A stretch of 64,000 bases of DNA from contig NC_043008.1 of the NCBI RefSeq assembly GCF_006345805.1, positions 63,550,001 to 63,614,000 on the forward strand, read 5' to 3'. Positions 13,063-25,255 of the stretch are shown here, one piece after another; the stretch's first letter is position 1; the number at the start of each line of letters is the position of its first letter. This DNA is from Octopus sinensis (lineage: Eukaryota). A program made the translations under genes and the position numbers. The notes beneath the pieces were generated by a model. The model ran no database searches. It was not told where the DNA came from and worked only from the letters and a program-made list of their open reading frames with translations.

Positions 13063-13182
13063 TGCAGGGCATAGACTCAAAACGTAAAGGACTTTCATTT
13101 TCGCCAGCATCAAACTAATACACCTGCTTGTTGTTCATACAGCTGTCTTCATCTTTTATTTTTCTATAAATTTCAATTATAT
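13063..13182 (+). mobile_element. Same terminal repeat, opposite orientation
   Basis: AAAACGTAAAGGACTTTC...CAAACTAATACACCTGCTTGTTGTTCATACAGCTGTCTTC, then (TA)n. Confidence 0.55.
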
Positions 13183-13208
13183 ATATATATATCTATGTGT
13201 GTTGTGTA

Positions 13209-13519
13209 TGGAGGTGCAATGGCCGGTGGTTAGGGCAGCAGAGTCGCGGTCGTAGGGTTGCAGTTTTGATTCCCAGACCAGGCGTTGTGAGTGTTTATTG
13301 AGCAAAAACGCCTAAAGCTCCACGAGGCTTGGACAAGGGTTTGGTGGTGATCCCTGCAGTACTCCTTCACCACAACTTTCTCTTACTCTTTCTTCTGTTG
13401 GCCTGCTTGCTTAGCCCACAGGATAGTGTCATTGAAGGTTAAAACAATGTGAAGCGCATTGTGACCAGTGATGTGTAGCAACATCTGATGGCCTGGTTGG
13501 TCAAGTGATCACGTGATAT
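13209..13519 (+). mobile_element. SINE, head B + tail T3
   Basis: Head B, then ...CATTGTGACCAGTGATGTGTAGCAACATCTGATGGCCTGG...GATCACGTGATA; same tail as the 43819 copy. Confidence 0.85.
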
Positions 13520-14189
13520 ATATATATATATATGTATGCATGTATGTATGTATATATATGTATATATGTATGTATGTATAAAATATGCACACACACACAC
13601 ACACACATGTATAATATATGTGCGTGTATAAATACATACATACATACATACATTTATATGTATGTATGTACACATGCACCTTCTTATAAAATTTGTCCTG
13701 TATACTTGTATAAAAACGTCTGTTGTCATATACAACAGGGTTAAAGTGGGAAAAATAGAATTGGCATGTTGTCAGAATTAATTTGATTGTGTGAACTACT
13801 TTTCTTCTGATAAATATTTAACTGACAAGAACAGACTGAAGATATAAATGTTGTATAATGGTAAAATGAAAAAGATACAACAGATGTATAATGGCAAAGT
13901 GAAAAAGAATTCATCTTTTAATTATTTGCATTGATACTAATCACTATTATGATCATAAGCATATTATCAGTTCTTGCTTCCTTGTATTTATTGAACAGAT
14001 TTACAACAGTAAAGAATATCAAAGAGAATGTACATAGGTTAGTGGTTATGGAATTTGGCTCACAATTGTAAGATTATGAGTTCAAATTCTGGCAGTGTAC
14101 TGTGTTCTTGAGCAAGACACTTTATTTCACTACGTTCCAGTCTACTTTGCAGGCAAAAATGAGCAGTATCAGTATTTCAAAGAAAAAAA

Positions 14190-14757
14190 TGGAGTGAGAA
14201 CAAAAAAAAAAAATTGGAGGGAGAAAAAATGTATAGGGATTAACTATATATAAATATTGGTGAAGGCACATGGCTCAGTGATAAGAGCATCGAGCTTTCG
14301 ATCATGAGGTTGTGAGTTCGAACCCTGGACTAGGCAGTGTATTGTATTCTTGAGCAAGACACTTTATTTCATGTTGCACCAGTTCACTCAGCTGTAGAAA
14401 TGAGTTGCGATGTCACAGGTGCCAATGTGTATATCAGCCTTTGCCTCTCCCTTGGCTAACACTGGTGCCATGTAGAGGGGAGGCCAGTATGCATGGGTGA
14501 CTGCATGGTCTTCCATAAACAACCTTGCCCGGACTTGTGCCTGGGAGGGTAACTTTCTAGGTGCAATCCCATGGACAGTCATGACCGAAGGGGGTCTCAG
14601 CAGCAAAAATATTGGCACTTTTCGGACAATTAAGATCCCTGTTAGTGCATTTGTCTACATTGATATGCATTAGAGCATTTTAGTTCTTATTTCTAGCAAT
14701 GTAGTCACATGTACTGACAATTATAATTCTCCATTTTCGTGAAACATTACATACTGC
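14190..14757 (-). mobile_element. Internal part of the 12436-type repeat, interrupted by SINE C
   Basis: 14190-14260 plus 14607-14757 align to 12590-12800 (TAGGGATTAACTATATA...GCATTAGAGCATTTTAG.TCTTATTTCTAG). Confidence 0.6.
14259..14606 (+). mobile_element. SINE family C
   Basis: GTGAAGGCACATGGCTCAGTG...GAGTTCGAACCC...ATGACCGAAGGGGGTCT; TSD AAATATTGG at 14252-14260 / 14607-14615. Confidence 0.9.
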
Positions 14758-15204
14758 CAGTCAGATTCTGTGTCACACTGACTCTCCGCTATGAACAACA
14801 TTAATGGTATGCATGTCTGTGGAGTGCTTGGTTATTTGCATGTTAATTTCATGAGCAGGCTGTTCCATTGATCGGATTAACTGGAACTCCTGTCATTGTA
14901 ACCAATGGTGTGCCAGTAATATTTCTCATTCTATGGAACCAAGTCATTCATTTGTGAAGAGCAACAACTACATTATTTCATTCCATTCCTTGTTTCTGTT
15001 TCTAATATTTTCAAATGCCAATTTTTCACCCCCTTTTTATATTCATAATTTCTTTATTTCCTTAATGTGTTCCTCAATTTTATATTTATAATTTCTTTAT
15101 TTCCTTAATGTGTTCCAGCACAAATGCCATCTGAATGCTGAGGTACCACCATATTCATTACATCTGCAAATGGGACTCTTTTGTGGTCAGCTTCTGACAA
15201 ATGA

Positions 15205-15500
15205 GGAAGTTTGGTATTTTTACCCTCTTTTGATTTTCTTGCAGTGTCAGAAGCTCACCTGGGGTCTTGGACAACATAAGCTGAAGGTGTTTCTTGAAAG
15301 CATCTACTCCACTCTCCATAGGTACCTCAGATTTTTTAATAAGATATTAAACAACTCTCAATACCCAAGCTATTGTAGTACCTAAACTATTGCATTCCTT
15401 ACTCTTGATGGGGTGGTTGGAAACCTTGGCACTGTGCAATGGTGCCATGTTCAGTAATTGGTTATAACTTACAGTGCCAAGATTTGGTACAAGCTCCTAA
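15205..15500 (-). mobile_element. CR1/L2-clade LINE C-terminal relic
   Basis: Minus strand: HCTVPRFPTTPSRVRN...ELFNILLKNLR...VDAFKKHLQLMLSKTPGEL, resembling the pattern LFN.LP..LRN...FK..LD..L..IPDEP; stops and frameshifts. Confidence 0.6.
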
Positions 15501-15644
15501 CGGTTCTTCCATATATATATCCCTGCATATCTTTCCCATCTCCATTCCAAGTAGCATGGTCAGCATAATCCTCATCATTTAATGTCTTTGTTATGGGTTA
15601 GTCAATGTAATATAATCAACTTATCTATTTATACATATATATAT

Positions 15645-15692
<48 letters not shown>

Positions 15693-15934
15693 AGAGAGAG
15701 AGAGAGAAAGAAAGAGAAAGGGACAAGTAGATAAATATATGAAGACCTCTAATTGAATTAATCGATCCCTAGTACTTCTTTTTTGACAAGCCTGGTACTT
15801 ATTCTATAGGTCGCTTTTACTGAAGTGCAAAGTTACAGGGACATAAATATACCAACACGGGTTGTTAACGTGGAGAGTCACAAACACTTACACACACGCA
15901 TATATATTTACATGTATATATATATATATATATA

Positions 15935-16170
15935 TCATCATCATCATCATTGCTGTTGTTTAATGTCTGCTTTCCATAGGACCATGGATTGGACAGTTTG
16001 ACTGAAAATTGGTATGCTAGGAGGATGCACCAGGCTCCAATCTGATTTGGCAAGGTCTCTACAGCTGGATGCCATTCCTAATGCCAATCACTCTGAGAGT
16101 GTAGTGGATGGTTTTTAAGGACCACAAGCATAGGTGCCAGTCAGACAACACTGGCATTGGCCACGCTTGA
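15935..16170 (-). mobile_element. RTE 3' UTR fragment (family E)
   Basis: (CAT)n tail at 15935-15950; TACAGCTGGATGCCATTCCTAATGCCAATC core. Confidence 0.75.
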
Positions 16171-16189
16171 ATATGTGTATGTACGTGTA

Positions 16190-17995
16190 TATATATATAT
16201 ATATATATATATGTTATTGTGAGGATATAGATTCATCTTAAAAGGGATGTTAGCATCCACATTTCCCCTGTTTAATATTATATATCAAAGAAATACTCAG
16301 GAGTCACGTTTTACTAAGTAGTATTGATGTTTATTATTTAATAATTGGCACAAATATTAAACACATTATGGAGTCTACATATACTTTAATAGATGTTTGC
16401 CTCACTTTGATATATATATGGGTATATTTTAATATAGTACATGTCAAAGAGGAAATTGGATAATTTTAGCAGATAACATCAGTTTATTGATATATTGTCA
16501 ATTTACATTTGCCTACAATTGTTTCCATGTCTAACTCATTCAAATTACAAATTTATAATTAGAATTGCCTTTTGAAAATTGCAAATTAAATATTTCTTCA
16601 TACCAGCTCTGTCTGGCACCTGTGCGGGTGGCACGTAAAAAGCACCCACTACACTCATGGAGTGGTTGGCGTTAGGAAGGGCATCCAGCTGTAGAAACAC
16701 TGCCAGATCTGACTGGGCCAGATGAAGCCTTCTGGCTTCACAGACCCCAGTTGAACCGTCCAACCCATGCTAGCATGGAAAACGGACGCTAAACAATGAT
16801 GATGATGATGTACACCATAATTGACTGAGTCTTCTCAACAGACTAAACATATCATCATTTGCATATCTACGTGTGTATGTGCATGATAGTATCTTTAAAA
16901 CAAAAGAAACCGTCATAAGTGTAGATGCTTTTTGTTGTTTTTCTGTGCATCTACAATTATAACGGTCTTTTTTTTGTTTTAAATATACTAACACAAACAT
17001 GCGCACGCAAACATACAAATGTTGATATGCTTAGTCTGTTGAGAAGACTCAATCAATTAAGATGTAGCATATTTTAACTTATATATATATATATATATAT
17101 ATATATGTTATTGTGAGGATATAGATTCATCTTAAAAGGGATGTTAGCATCCACATTTCCCCTGTTTAATATTATATATCAAAGAAATACTCAGGAGTCA
17201 CGTTTTACTAAGTAGTATTGATGTTTATTATTTAATAATTGGCACAAATATTAAACACATTATGGAGTCTACATATACTTTAATAGATGTTTGCCTCACT
17301 TTGATATATATATGGGTATATTTTAATATAGTACATGTCAAAGAGGAAATTGGATAATTTTAGCAGATAACATCAGTTTATTGATATATTGTCAATTTAC
17401 ATTTGCCTACAATTGTTTCCATGTCTAACTCATTCAAATTACAAATTTATAAATTAGAATTGCCTTTTGAAAATTGCAAATTAAATATTTCTTCATACCA
17501 GCTCTGTCTGGCACCTGTGCGGGTGGCACGTAAAAAGCACCCACTACACTCATGGAGTGGTTGGCGTTAGGAAGGGCATCCAGCTGTAGAAACACTGCCA
17601 GATCTGACTGGGCCAGATGAAGCCTTCTGGCTTCACAGACCCCAGTTGAACCGTCCAACCCATGCTAGCATGGAAAACGGACGCTAAACAATGATGATGA
17701 TGATGGTACACCATAATTGACTGAGTCTTCTCAACAGACTAAACATATCATCATTTGCATATCTACGTGTGTATGTGCATGATAGTATCTTTAAAACAAA
17801 AGAAACCGTCATAAGTGTAGATGCTTTTTGTTGTTTTTCTGTGCATCTACAATTATAACGGTCTTTTTTTTGTTTTAAATATACTAACACAAACATGCGC
17901 ACGCAAACATACAAATGTTGATATGTTTAGTCTGTTGAGAAGACTCAATCAATTAAGATGTAGCATATTTTAACTTATATATATATATATATATA
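16190..17995. repeat. Near-perfect tandem duplication, period 894-896 bp, bounded by (TA)n
   Basis: GTTATTGTGAGG at 16213 and 17107; identical ORFs at 16545/17434 and 16770/17684; each unit carries an RTE 3' UTR fragment (16605-16810, 17499-17705). Confidence 0.97.
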
Positions 17996-18003
17996 TACAG
18001 GTT

Positions 18004-18347
18004 GTGAAGGCGCATGGCTCAGTGGTTAGAGCGTCGAGCTTACGATCGTGAGGTTGTGAGCTCGAATCCCGGACCGGGCTGCGTGTTGTGTTCTTGAGCA
18101 AGGCACTTTATTTCACGTTGCTCCAGTTCACTCAGCTGTAGAAATGAGTTGCGACGTCACTGGTGCCAAGCTGTATCGGTCCCTTTGCCTTTCCCTTGGA
18201 TAACACTGGTGGCGTGGAGAGGGGAGGCCGGTATGCATGGGCGACTGCTGGTCTTCCATAAACAACCTTGCCCGGACTTGTGTCTAGGAGGGTAACTTTC
18301 TAGGTGCAATCCCATGGTCATTCATGACCGAAGGGGGTCTTTACCCT
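18004..18347 (+). mobile_element. SINE family C, young
   Basis: CpG-rich near-consensus copy; TSD TACAGGTTGTGA at 17996-18007 / 18348-18359. Confidence 0.92.
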
Positions 18348-18596
18348 TACAGGTTGTGAGAGGTATTTGGGGACCCACCTTTTGGGGGGCATTGGTGCAT
18401 TTTTTACTAACTCTGTATAATCTTTGTTTCAGAAAATAATAATGGCAGATTCTCAGCTTACTCAAGGAATGAATAGGCATGCTGTAATTGTAGTTGTAAA
18501 TGCTGAGCATAGTGATTTAGAAATATCTAATTTTTAAAAGTTGGCAGATCTTTCATCTACAAAGTTTGTAAGGAGATAGAGATTGAAGATGGAAAT

Positions 18597-18965
18597 GTGG
18601 CTGTGTGGTAAGTAGCTTGCTAACCAACCACACAGTTGCGGGTTCAGTCCCACTGCGTGGCATCTTGGGCAAGTGTCTTCTGCTATAGCCCCGGGCCGAC
18701 CAATGCCTTGTGAGTGGATTTGGTAGACGGAAACTGAAAGAAGCCTGTCGTATATATGTATATATATATGTATATGTGTGTGTGTTTGTGTGTCTGTGTT
18801 TGTCCCCCTAGCATTGCTTGACAACCGATGCTGGTGTGTTTACGTCCCCGTCACTTAGCGGTTCGGCAAAAAGAGACCGATAGGATAAGTACTAAAAGGC
18901 GGTGCTCCAGCATGGCCGCAGTCAAATGACTGAAACAAGTAAAAGAGTGAAAGAGTGAAAGAGAG
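18597..18965 (+). mobile_element. SINE family A, young subfamily, with an internal deletion of about 40 bp
   Basis: Nearly identical to the 2421 copy; reads AAGTACTAAAAGGCGG where full copies have AAGTACTAGGCTTAC...TCGACTAAAGGCGG. Confidence 0.9.
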
Positions 18966-19239
18966 TATCACCGGTATCAAAGCATACAAAGCATTCTAAA
19001 CACTCCGAAATCATCAGAACACCTGAATTTACCCAGCAAGTTCAACAGACCATTGATTACAATCCCAGAAAGTCCATGAGGTCAATTGCAAAAGCTCCCC
19101 ATGTGTCAGAAGGAACAGTCTGAAATGTTGTCCAGGAAGACATCAGATATAAGTCTTATATGATGTGTATATATGATATACATGTGTATATATATATATG
19201 TATGCACACATGTATACATACGTGTGCATGTGTGTGTGA

Positions 19240-19410
19240 TAGGTTTCTTTCTGTTTCTGTCTACCAGATCCACTCAAGGATTTGGTCAGCCCAAGGATAT
19301 AGTAAAACACACTTGTCCAGGGTGTAATGTAGTGGGACTGAACCCAGAACCATGTGTCTGGGAAACAAACTTCTTACCATGCAGCCCCACTTGTGCCTAT
19401 ATACATACAT
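19240..19410 (-). mobile_element. SINE family A, 5' half
   Basis: CTACCAGATCCACTCAAGG...CTTCTTACCATGCAGCC. Confidence 0.75.
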
Positions 19411-19974
19411 CTGTATTATACATGCAATATTATGCAGACATCTTTTCCTTACATACTTCCAATATAACAGTGAAGTGTATAAATACTGTATGAAATTCAA
19501 GAGAGAGAAAATGGAGTCTGTCATCCTATGTTCAAAAGATCTGAAAGCTTACTTCAGCAAATTTGTGTGAAATATCCTTTGATTTCTCAGGGCAGTAGCA
19601 AATTCAGATACAAATGTTTGAAATGATATTTTCCTGACTAGACAACAGTTTAATTCATATATTAAAAATTTCTACTACAAGTGTCCTAACGTGTAAAAAT
19701 TTAGTCGATAGACTATATATTATTCATATAAATACAGTGTATATTTAAACACATAAGAAGCATCCTTCATAGGACTCCTTGCACGCTAGAAAGAACAGTT
19801 AAATTCCAAACCACTATTACGGATAAAACTTCAAAGGGAATGAAAAATAAAAGCACGAGTTTAATTCATATATACAGGAAAATTGTAAGATATATATTCT
19901 TTGATTTCACTTGATTTTTTAGCCATAGTTTTAACAAACCCAAAGACATATTTCATGTGAAATATCTTGCTGAC

Positions 19975-20415
19975 CAAACTGGAGACATCTTTGATCCCCT
20001 TTATTTTTTTTTTAGTTGTTTCAGTCATTAGACTGTGACCATACTGTGGTGCCACCTTCAAGAATTTTATTCAAACAAATCAACCCACTACATATTTTTC
20101 AAAACTTGGTACTTTTTCTATTGGTTTCTTTTCCCAAACTGCTAAGCTATGGAAACAGAAACACACCACTACCTGTAGTCAAATGATGGTGACATACACA
20201 TGCACAAAGACATACACATGCACACAAACACACACATACACACACTTATACGGCAGGCTTCATTCAGTCTCCATCTACCAAATCCATTCATAAGGCTTTG
20301 GCTGACCCAATGCTATAATAGAAAGTACTCGCCCTATATGCTGTGCAGTGGAACTGAAACTAGGACCCTGTGGTTGGGAAATAAACTTCTTACCACACAG
20401 CCACATCGGTGTCTA
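19975..20415 (-). mobile_element. SINE family A, old
   Basis: Degraded full-length reverse copy. Confidence 0.75.
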
Positions 20416-20619
20416 TAAATGGAAGGAATATGTTTCATGCTTCACAAAAGAGAAACTTGCTCAAAGAATTTTAAGAATTCTGTGTTATGATGAAGTTTAT
20501 TATGAATAGAGATAATGAAAATCTAGCTTTGGTGACCTTTGAGATCAAATCAGGTTGAATTACCATGTTGCTGGATCTTATTTCCATGATTATAATTAGT
20601 AAGAGCCCTTATTCTGACC

Positions 20620-21250
20620 CAGGTGTTCTCAACCATTTTTTTATGTATGGATCCCTTTGATTACTATTTTGTTCTGGTGGACCCCCATAGCAATTCGATG
20701 GTTGAAAAATAGTTTTATAGAAATTTCTTTCAAAATTCCTATTATGCTTTTCTCGCATTAACTTCTGTAGGTTGAACTACGTAAAATGTTAGAGAAAGAA
20801 ATCCAGCTGATTCTTGCTATACATACAATGCATACAAATACATACATCTAACAAAAATAAATGTGCCCTTTTAAAGCCTAGCCAGGCTCATGGGCCCGGT
20901 TTCCCAGTTTCTATGGCGTATATGTTTCCCAGCTGGATGAGACACTGGTCCATTGCAGCGTTACTCATTTTTGCCAGCTGAGTGGACTGGAGCAACATGA
21001 AATGAAGTGTTTTGCTCAAGAACACAATGCGTCACCCGGTCCAGGAATCGAAACCACAATCTCACGATCATGTTGCTGAAACCCTAACCACTAAGCCACG
21101 TGCCTCCACACATACATCTAATGCAAAATATTTTCAGGGGCCCTTCAAATACTATTGTGGATTTCCAGTTTACTATTTTGCTGCATGGGAGTCCCCAAAA
21201 ATCTTTTATGGACTCTTAAGGGCCATATGGACCTTCGTCAAGGACCCCTG
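20620..21250. mobile_element. hAT-type MITE with a nested SINE
   Basis: Starts CAGGTGTTCTCAACC, ends GGACCCCTG; flanks TTCTGACC / TTGTAACC (6/8); homologous to 26139-26948. Confidence 0.7.
20852..21109 (-). mobile_element. SINE, head C-variant + tail T1
   Basis: TSD ACATACATCTAA at 20840-20851 / 21110-21121. Confidence 0.9.
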
Positions 21251-21429
21251 TTGTAACCTGTTCCGATCTAAGTTAGCTAAATTATACAGCTATTTAAGAC
21301 TCACAGACGTTGGGACTCACAGAAGGGATGATTGGGGACCAAAACTCTTGGTCAAGCTAAGTCAAACATGGCTGTCCTTGCATATAGGTGCATCCCCTGC
21401 AACCCCCTTCAGCTGATCTCTCCCTAATC

Positions 21430-21645
21430 TTGCGGGCTCATAGGTGCTAGTACCACACAAAAAGCACCAGTGCTGGTGCTACATAAAAGCACTGAGTACA
21501 CTCTGTAAAGTGGTTGGCATTAGGAAAGTCATCCAGCTACACAAACCATGCTAAAACAGACAGGGAATCGCAACGGCCCTTCAGCTGGTCAACTCCAGTC
21601 AAACTGTTCAAGCCTTCCAGCAGGGTGTTAAATGATGATATTGAG
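21430..21645 (+). mobile_element. RTE 3' UTR fragment (family E)
   Basis: AAAAGCAC modules, GGTTGGCATTAGGAAAGTCATCCAGCT, tail GTTAAATGATGAT. Confidence 0.7.
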
Positions 21646-21659
21646 AATTCTGATAGAAT

Positions 21660-22072
21660 CTTTTACTCTTTTACTATTTTACTTGTTTCAGTCATTTGAC
21701 TGCTGCCATGCTGGAGCACCACCTTTAGTCGAGCAAATCAACCCCAGGACTTATTCTTTGTAAGCCTAGTACTTATTCTATCAGTCTCTTTTGCTGAACC
21801 GCTAAGTTACGGGCACATAAACACACCAGCATCGGTTGTCAAGCGATGTTGGGGGGACAAACACAGACATACACACACACACTCATATATAAATGTATAC
21901 ATATATACGATGGGCTTCTTTCAGTTTCCATCTATCAAATCCACTCACAAGGCTTTGGTCAGCCCGAAACTATAGCAGAAGACACTTGCCCAAGGTGCCA
22001 TGCCGTGGAACTGAACCCAGAACGATGGATTGGTAAGCAAGCTACTTACCACACAGCCACTCCTGTGCCTAT
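21660..22072 (-). mobile_element. SINE family A
   Basis: Full reverse copy. Confidence 0.9.
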
Positions 22073-22434
22073 ATGTTTATGTTTTTGAATAAAACCAGCA
22101 ATATGTTCTAGATTGACAGGAATATACATAATAAATTATTTGTAAACAGCATTATAGATAAATGCTGAAAGTCTGATTCGGATATTTATAACTCTACTAT
22201 CATGGAAGCTAAAACCATCACAAAAAAAATTCAATATAGATAAAAGAACTGAATGTCTAGCTAAGAAGGAAGCTTTCATTACACTGCAAGATCATAAACA
22301 TGACTTTTACGTAATACCAAAATGCAGACTAATTAGCTCAGCTAAGATTGAATTAGGTTTAATGAGCAAATCCATTTTAGGGAATGATAATAATGAAATT
22401 AAAGAATCTTCAAATCTGTTACTATGGATTACTT

Positions 22435-22681
22435 GTTACTCTTTTACTCTTTTACTTGTTTCAGTCATTTGACTGTGGCCATGCTGGAGCACCGCTTTTA
22501 ATAGAGCAACTCGACCCCGGGACTTATTGTTTTGTAAGCCCAGTACTTATTCTATCGGTCTCTTTTGCAGAACCGCTAAGTAACGGGGACATAAACACAC
22601 CAGCATCGGTTGTCAAGCAATGCTAGGGGGACAAACACAGACACACAAACACACACATGCATATATATATATATACATACA

Positions 22682-22715
<34 letters not shown>

Positions 22716-22735
22716 ATATATATATACATATATAC

Positions 22736-22825
<90 letters not shown>

Positions 22826-23000
22826 TATATACATATATACGATGGGCTTCTTTCAGTTTCCGTCTACCAAATCCACTCACAACGCTTTGGTCGGCCCGAG
22901 GCTATAGTATTAGACACTTGCCCAAGGTGCCACACAGTGGGACTGAACCCAAAACCATGTGGTTGGTAAACAAGCTACTTACCACACAGCCATTCCTGCA
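22435..23000 (-). mobile_element. SINE family A with internal (TA)n expanded to about 180 bp
   Basis: Full reverse copy; microsatellite at 22660-22840. Confidence 0.9.
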
Positions 23001-23502
23001 CCTTATATTGATAACTTTTTGGATAATATTTTGGTTCAAATCCATTGACAATAAGAGTAAAGCAAAATTTATACAATATGATGATGTGGATTTCTAACCT
23101 GATATGGTGATGATGATGGTAATGGTGAGCATGTGCAGATATCAATGCCTATGTCTTTTATGTTGTGGCTGTTTATGTTCACATAACTTAGCAGTTTCAC
23201 AAATAGGTATCAATAAAATTGGTACCAGACTGAAATAAGAACTTTTGCAAATTAATTTCACTGAAACCTTAAATGTAGTGTACCCCACTTGGCTTCAATC
23301 CAATAACAGAAACCAATAAAAAAAATATAAAATAAAGCATTTTGTTATCTGTCATTTATATCAGATTCTGGCTAAATTTACTTTTCCTATGGTACTTGGA
23401 ATAAACAAAATGGTAAATTCTACCTTGCCTTTTTCATATAAAACGTAAGCTTACTACTGCAATGCGATCATTAGACTCTTCAGCTGAAACAATTTTGGTT
23501 TT

Positions 23503-23970
23503 TTACTTGTTTCAGTCATTTCACCGTGGCCATGCTGGAGCACTTTCCTTTAGTCGAACAAATTGACCTCCAGACTTATTTTTTGTAAGCCTAGTACTTA
23601 TTCTACCAGTCTCTTTTGCTGAACCACTAAGGTACTGGGATGTAAACACACCAACATCAGTTGTCAAGTGATGGTGGAGGTACAAATACAGTAACACAAA
23701 CGCACACACATACATACATACATACATACATACATACTTACATACATACTTACATACATACCTACATACATCTAGATATATATATATATAGACAGAGAGA
23801 GAGAGAGAGTGAGCTTCTTTCAGTTTCTGTCTACCAAATCCACTCACAAGGCTTTGGTCAGCCCAAGGCTATAGTAGAAGACACATATTCAAGGTGCCAT
23901 GCAGTTGAATTGAATCCAGAACCATGTGGTTGGTAAGCAAGCTGCTTACCACAGAGCCACTCCTGCACCT
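23503..23970 (-). mobile_element. SINE family A with (CATA)n/(GA)n core
   Basis: Full reverse copy. Confidence 0.88.
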
Positions 23971-24111
23971 ACTGCGAAATTTTATTTTTATTTTTCATCT
24001 TTATCTTTTGCTTGTTCTTTATTTGCCTGAGCCTCTGTTGGGGCACTGCCCTGAAGGGCCTAGTTTAACATATCAAGCCTAGTACTTATCATTTCAGTAT
24101 ATTTTTTAAGG

Positions 24112-24330
24112 GTCGTGAGCTGGCAGAATTGTTAGCACACCAGGTGAAATGCGTAGTGGCACTTTGTCCATCTTTATGTTTTGAGTTCAAATTCCACCAA
24201 GGTTGATTTTGCCTTTCATCTCTTCAGGGTTGCTCAAATAATTACCAATTGAGTACTGAGGTTGATGTAACTGACTTATCCCCTCACCTTTATTTTCTGG
24301 CCTTGTCCCACAAAATCTGAAACCATTATT
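24112..24330 (+). mobile_element. SINE family D
   Basis: GAGCTGGCAGAATTGTTAGCAC...GAGTTCAAATTCC...GGCCTTGT. Confidence 0.8.
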
Positions 24331-24414
24331 TCGCCAAACCACTAAATTACAAGAATGAAAACAAACCAACACAGGTTATCAAATTGTAGTGGATAAATTA
24401 ACCCAAACCCATAG

Positions 24415-24620
24415 ACACACAAGTACAAAGAGACATATGCATATATTTACATATGACGAGCTTCCACAGAGCTTCTGACTTCCAAATTCACTCACTAGGC
24501 ATTGGATGGCCTTTGATATTTGTAGAAGACTTTTGCCCAAAATATTGTGCAGTGAGATTAAACCAAGAATCATGTGATTGCTAAGCAAACTTCTTAACTA
24601 CACAACCATGACTGCTCTTG
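24415..24620 (-). mobile_element. SINE family A, old 5' half
   Basis: CCAAATTCACTCACTAGGC...CTTCTTAACTACACAACC. Confidence 0.65.
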
Positions 24621-24690
24621 TAGTCAATTTTCTTTACCTTTGATTTTTGTAGTCTTTTTTTATATTTTTGCTATTGATGGATTCTTTGTA

Positions 24691-25255
24691 TTGGGTTGTC
24701 CGGAAAGTTCTTGCTGATTTTTAAAGAAAAGAAAAAGGTCAATAAATACATACCATTACATTTTTAATCAACCAAATATGAACCATTTTGTTGCACAATG
24801 CGTCTCCATCTTTCTTTTAACTTGAAAATACCCTCTTCCCAGAATTGAGGTGGTCTCATGGCAAAGAATTCATCAAGGTATCTTTTTACGTCATCCAAGG
24901 AATTGAAATTTTTACCATTAAGACTATTCTGCAGAGACCTGAATAAGTGGAAATCCGAAGGAGCAATATCTGGTGAATATGGAGGGTGAGGTAACACATC
25001 TCAGCCGAGCTGCAGCAATTTTTATCTGTTTCCCAAAGCATCAAGTGCTGAAAATGAACTTTCTTGTCTTCCATATTAAAGGGTTACAGAATTAACACAG
25101 GTTATAAGATCATAAACCGTCTTCCACGAAAAGATAGCTTAAACTGTGCTCTAAATGGAGTGTAGTCAAATCGTATTTTACGGACTCAACCATGTTCTAA
25201 AATAAGTTGAAATGTAAGCTGCTATAAATCGGCACGAACTTTCCGGACAACCCAA
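24691..25255 (-). mobile_element. Internally deleted mariner (mellifera-like TIRs), 565 bp
   Basis: 30-bp TIRs TTGGGTTGTCCGGAAAGTTC(T/G)TGC(T/C)GATTT (28/30) with TA on both flanks; N-terminal MEDKKVHFQHLMLW fused to C-terminal KLLQLG*DVLPHPPYSPDIAPSDFHLFRSLQ...ERW...NGSYLVD. Confidence 0.97.
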
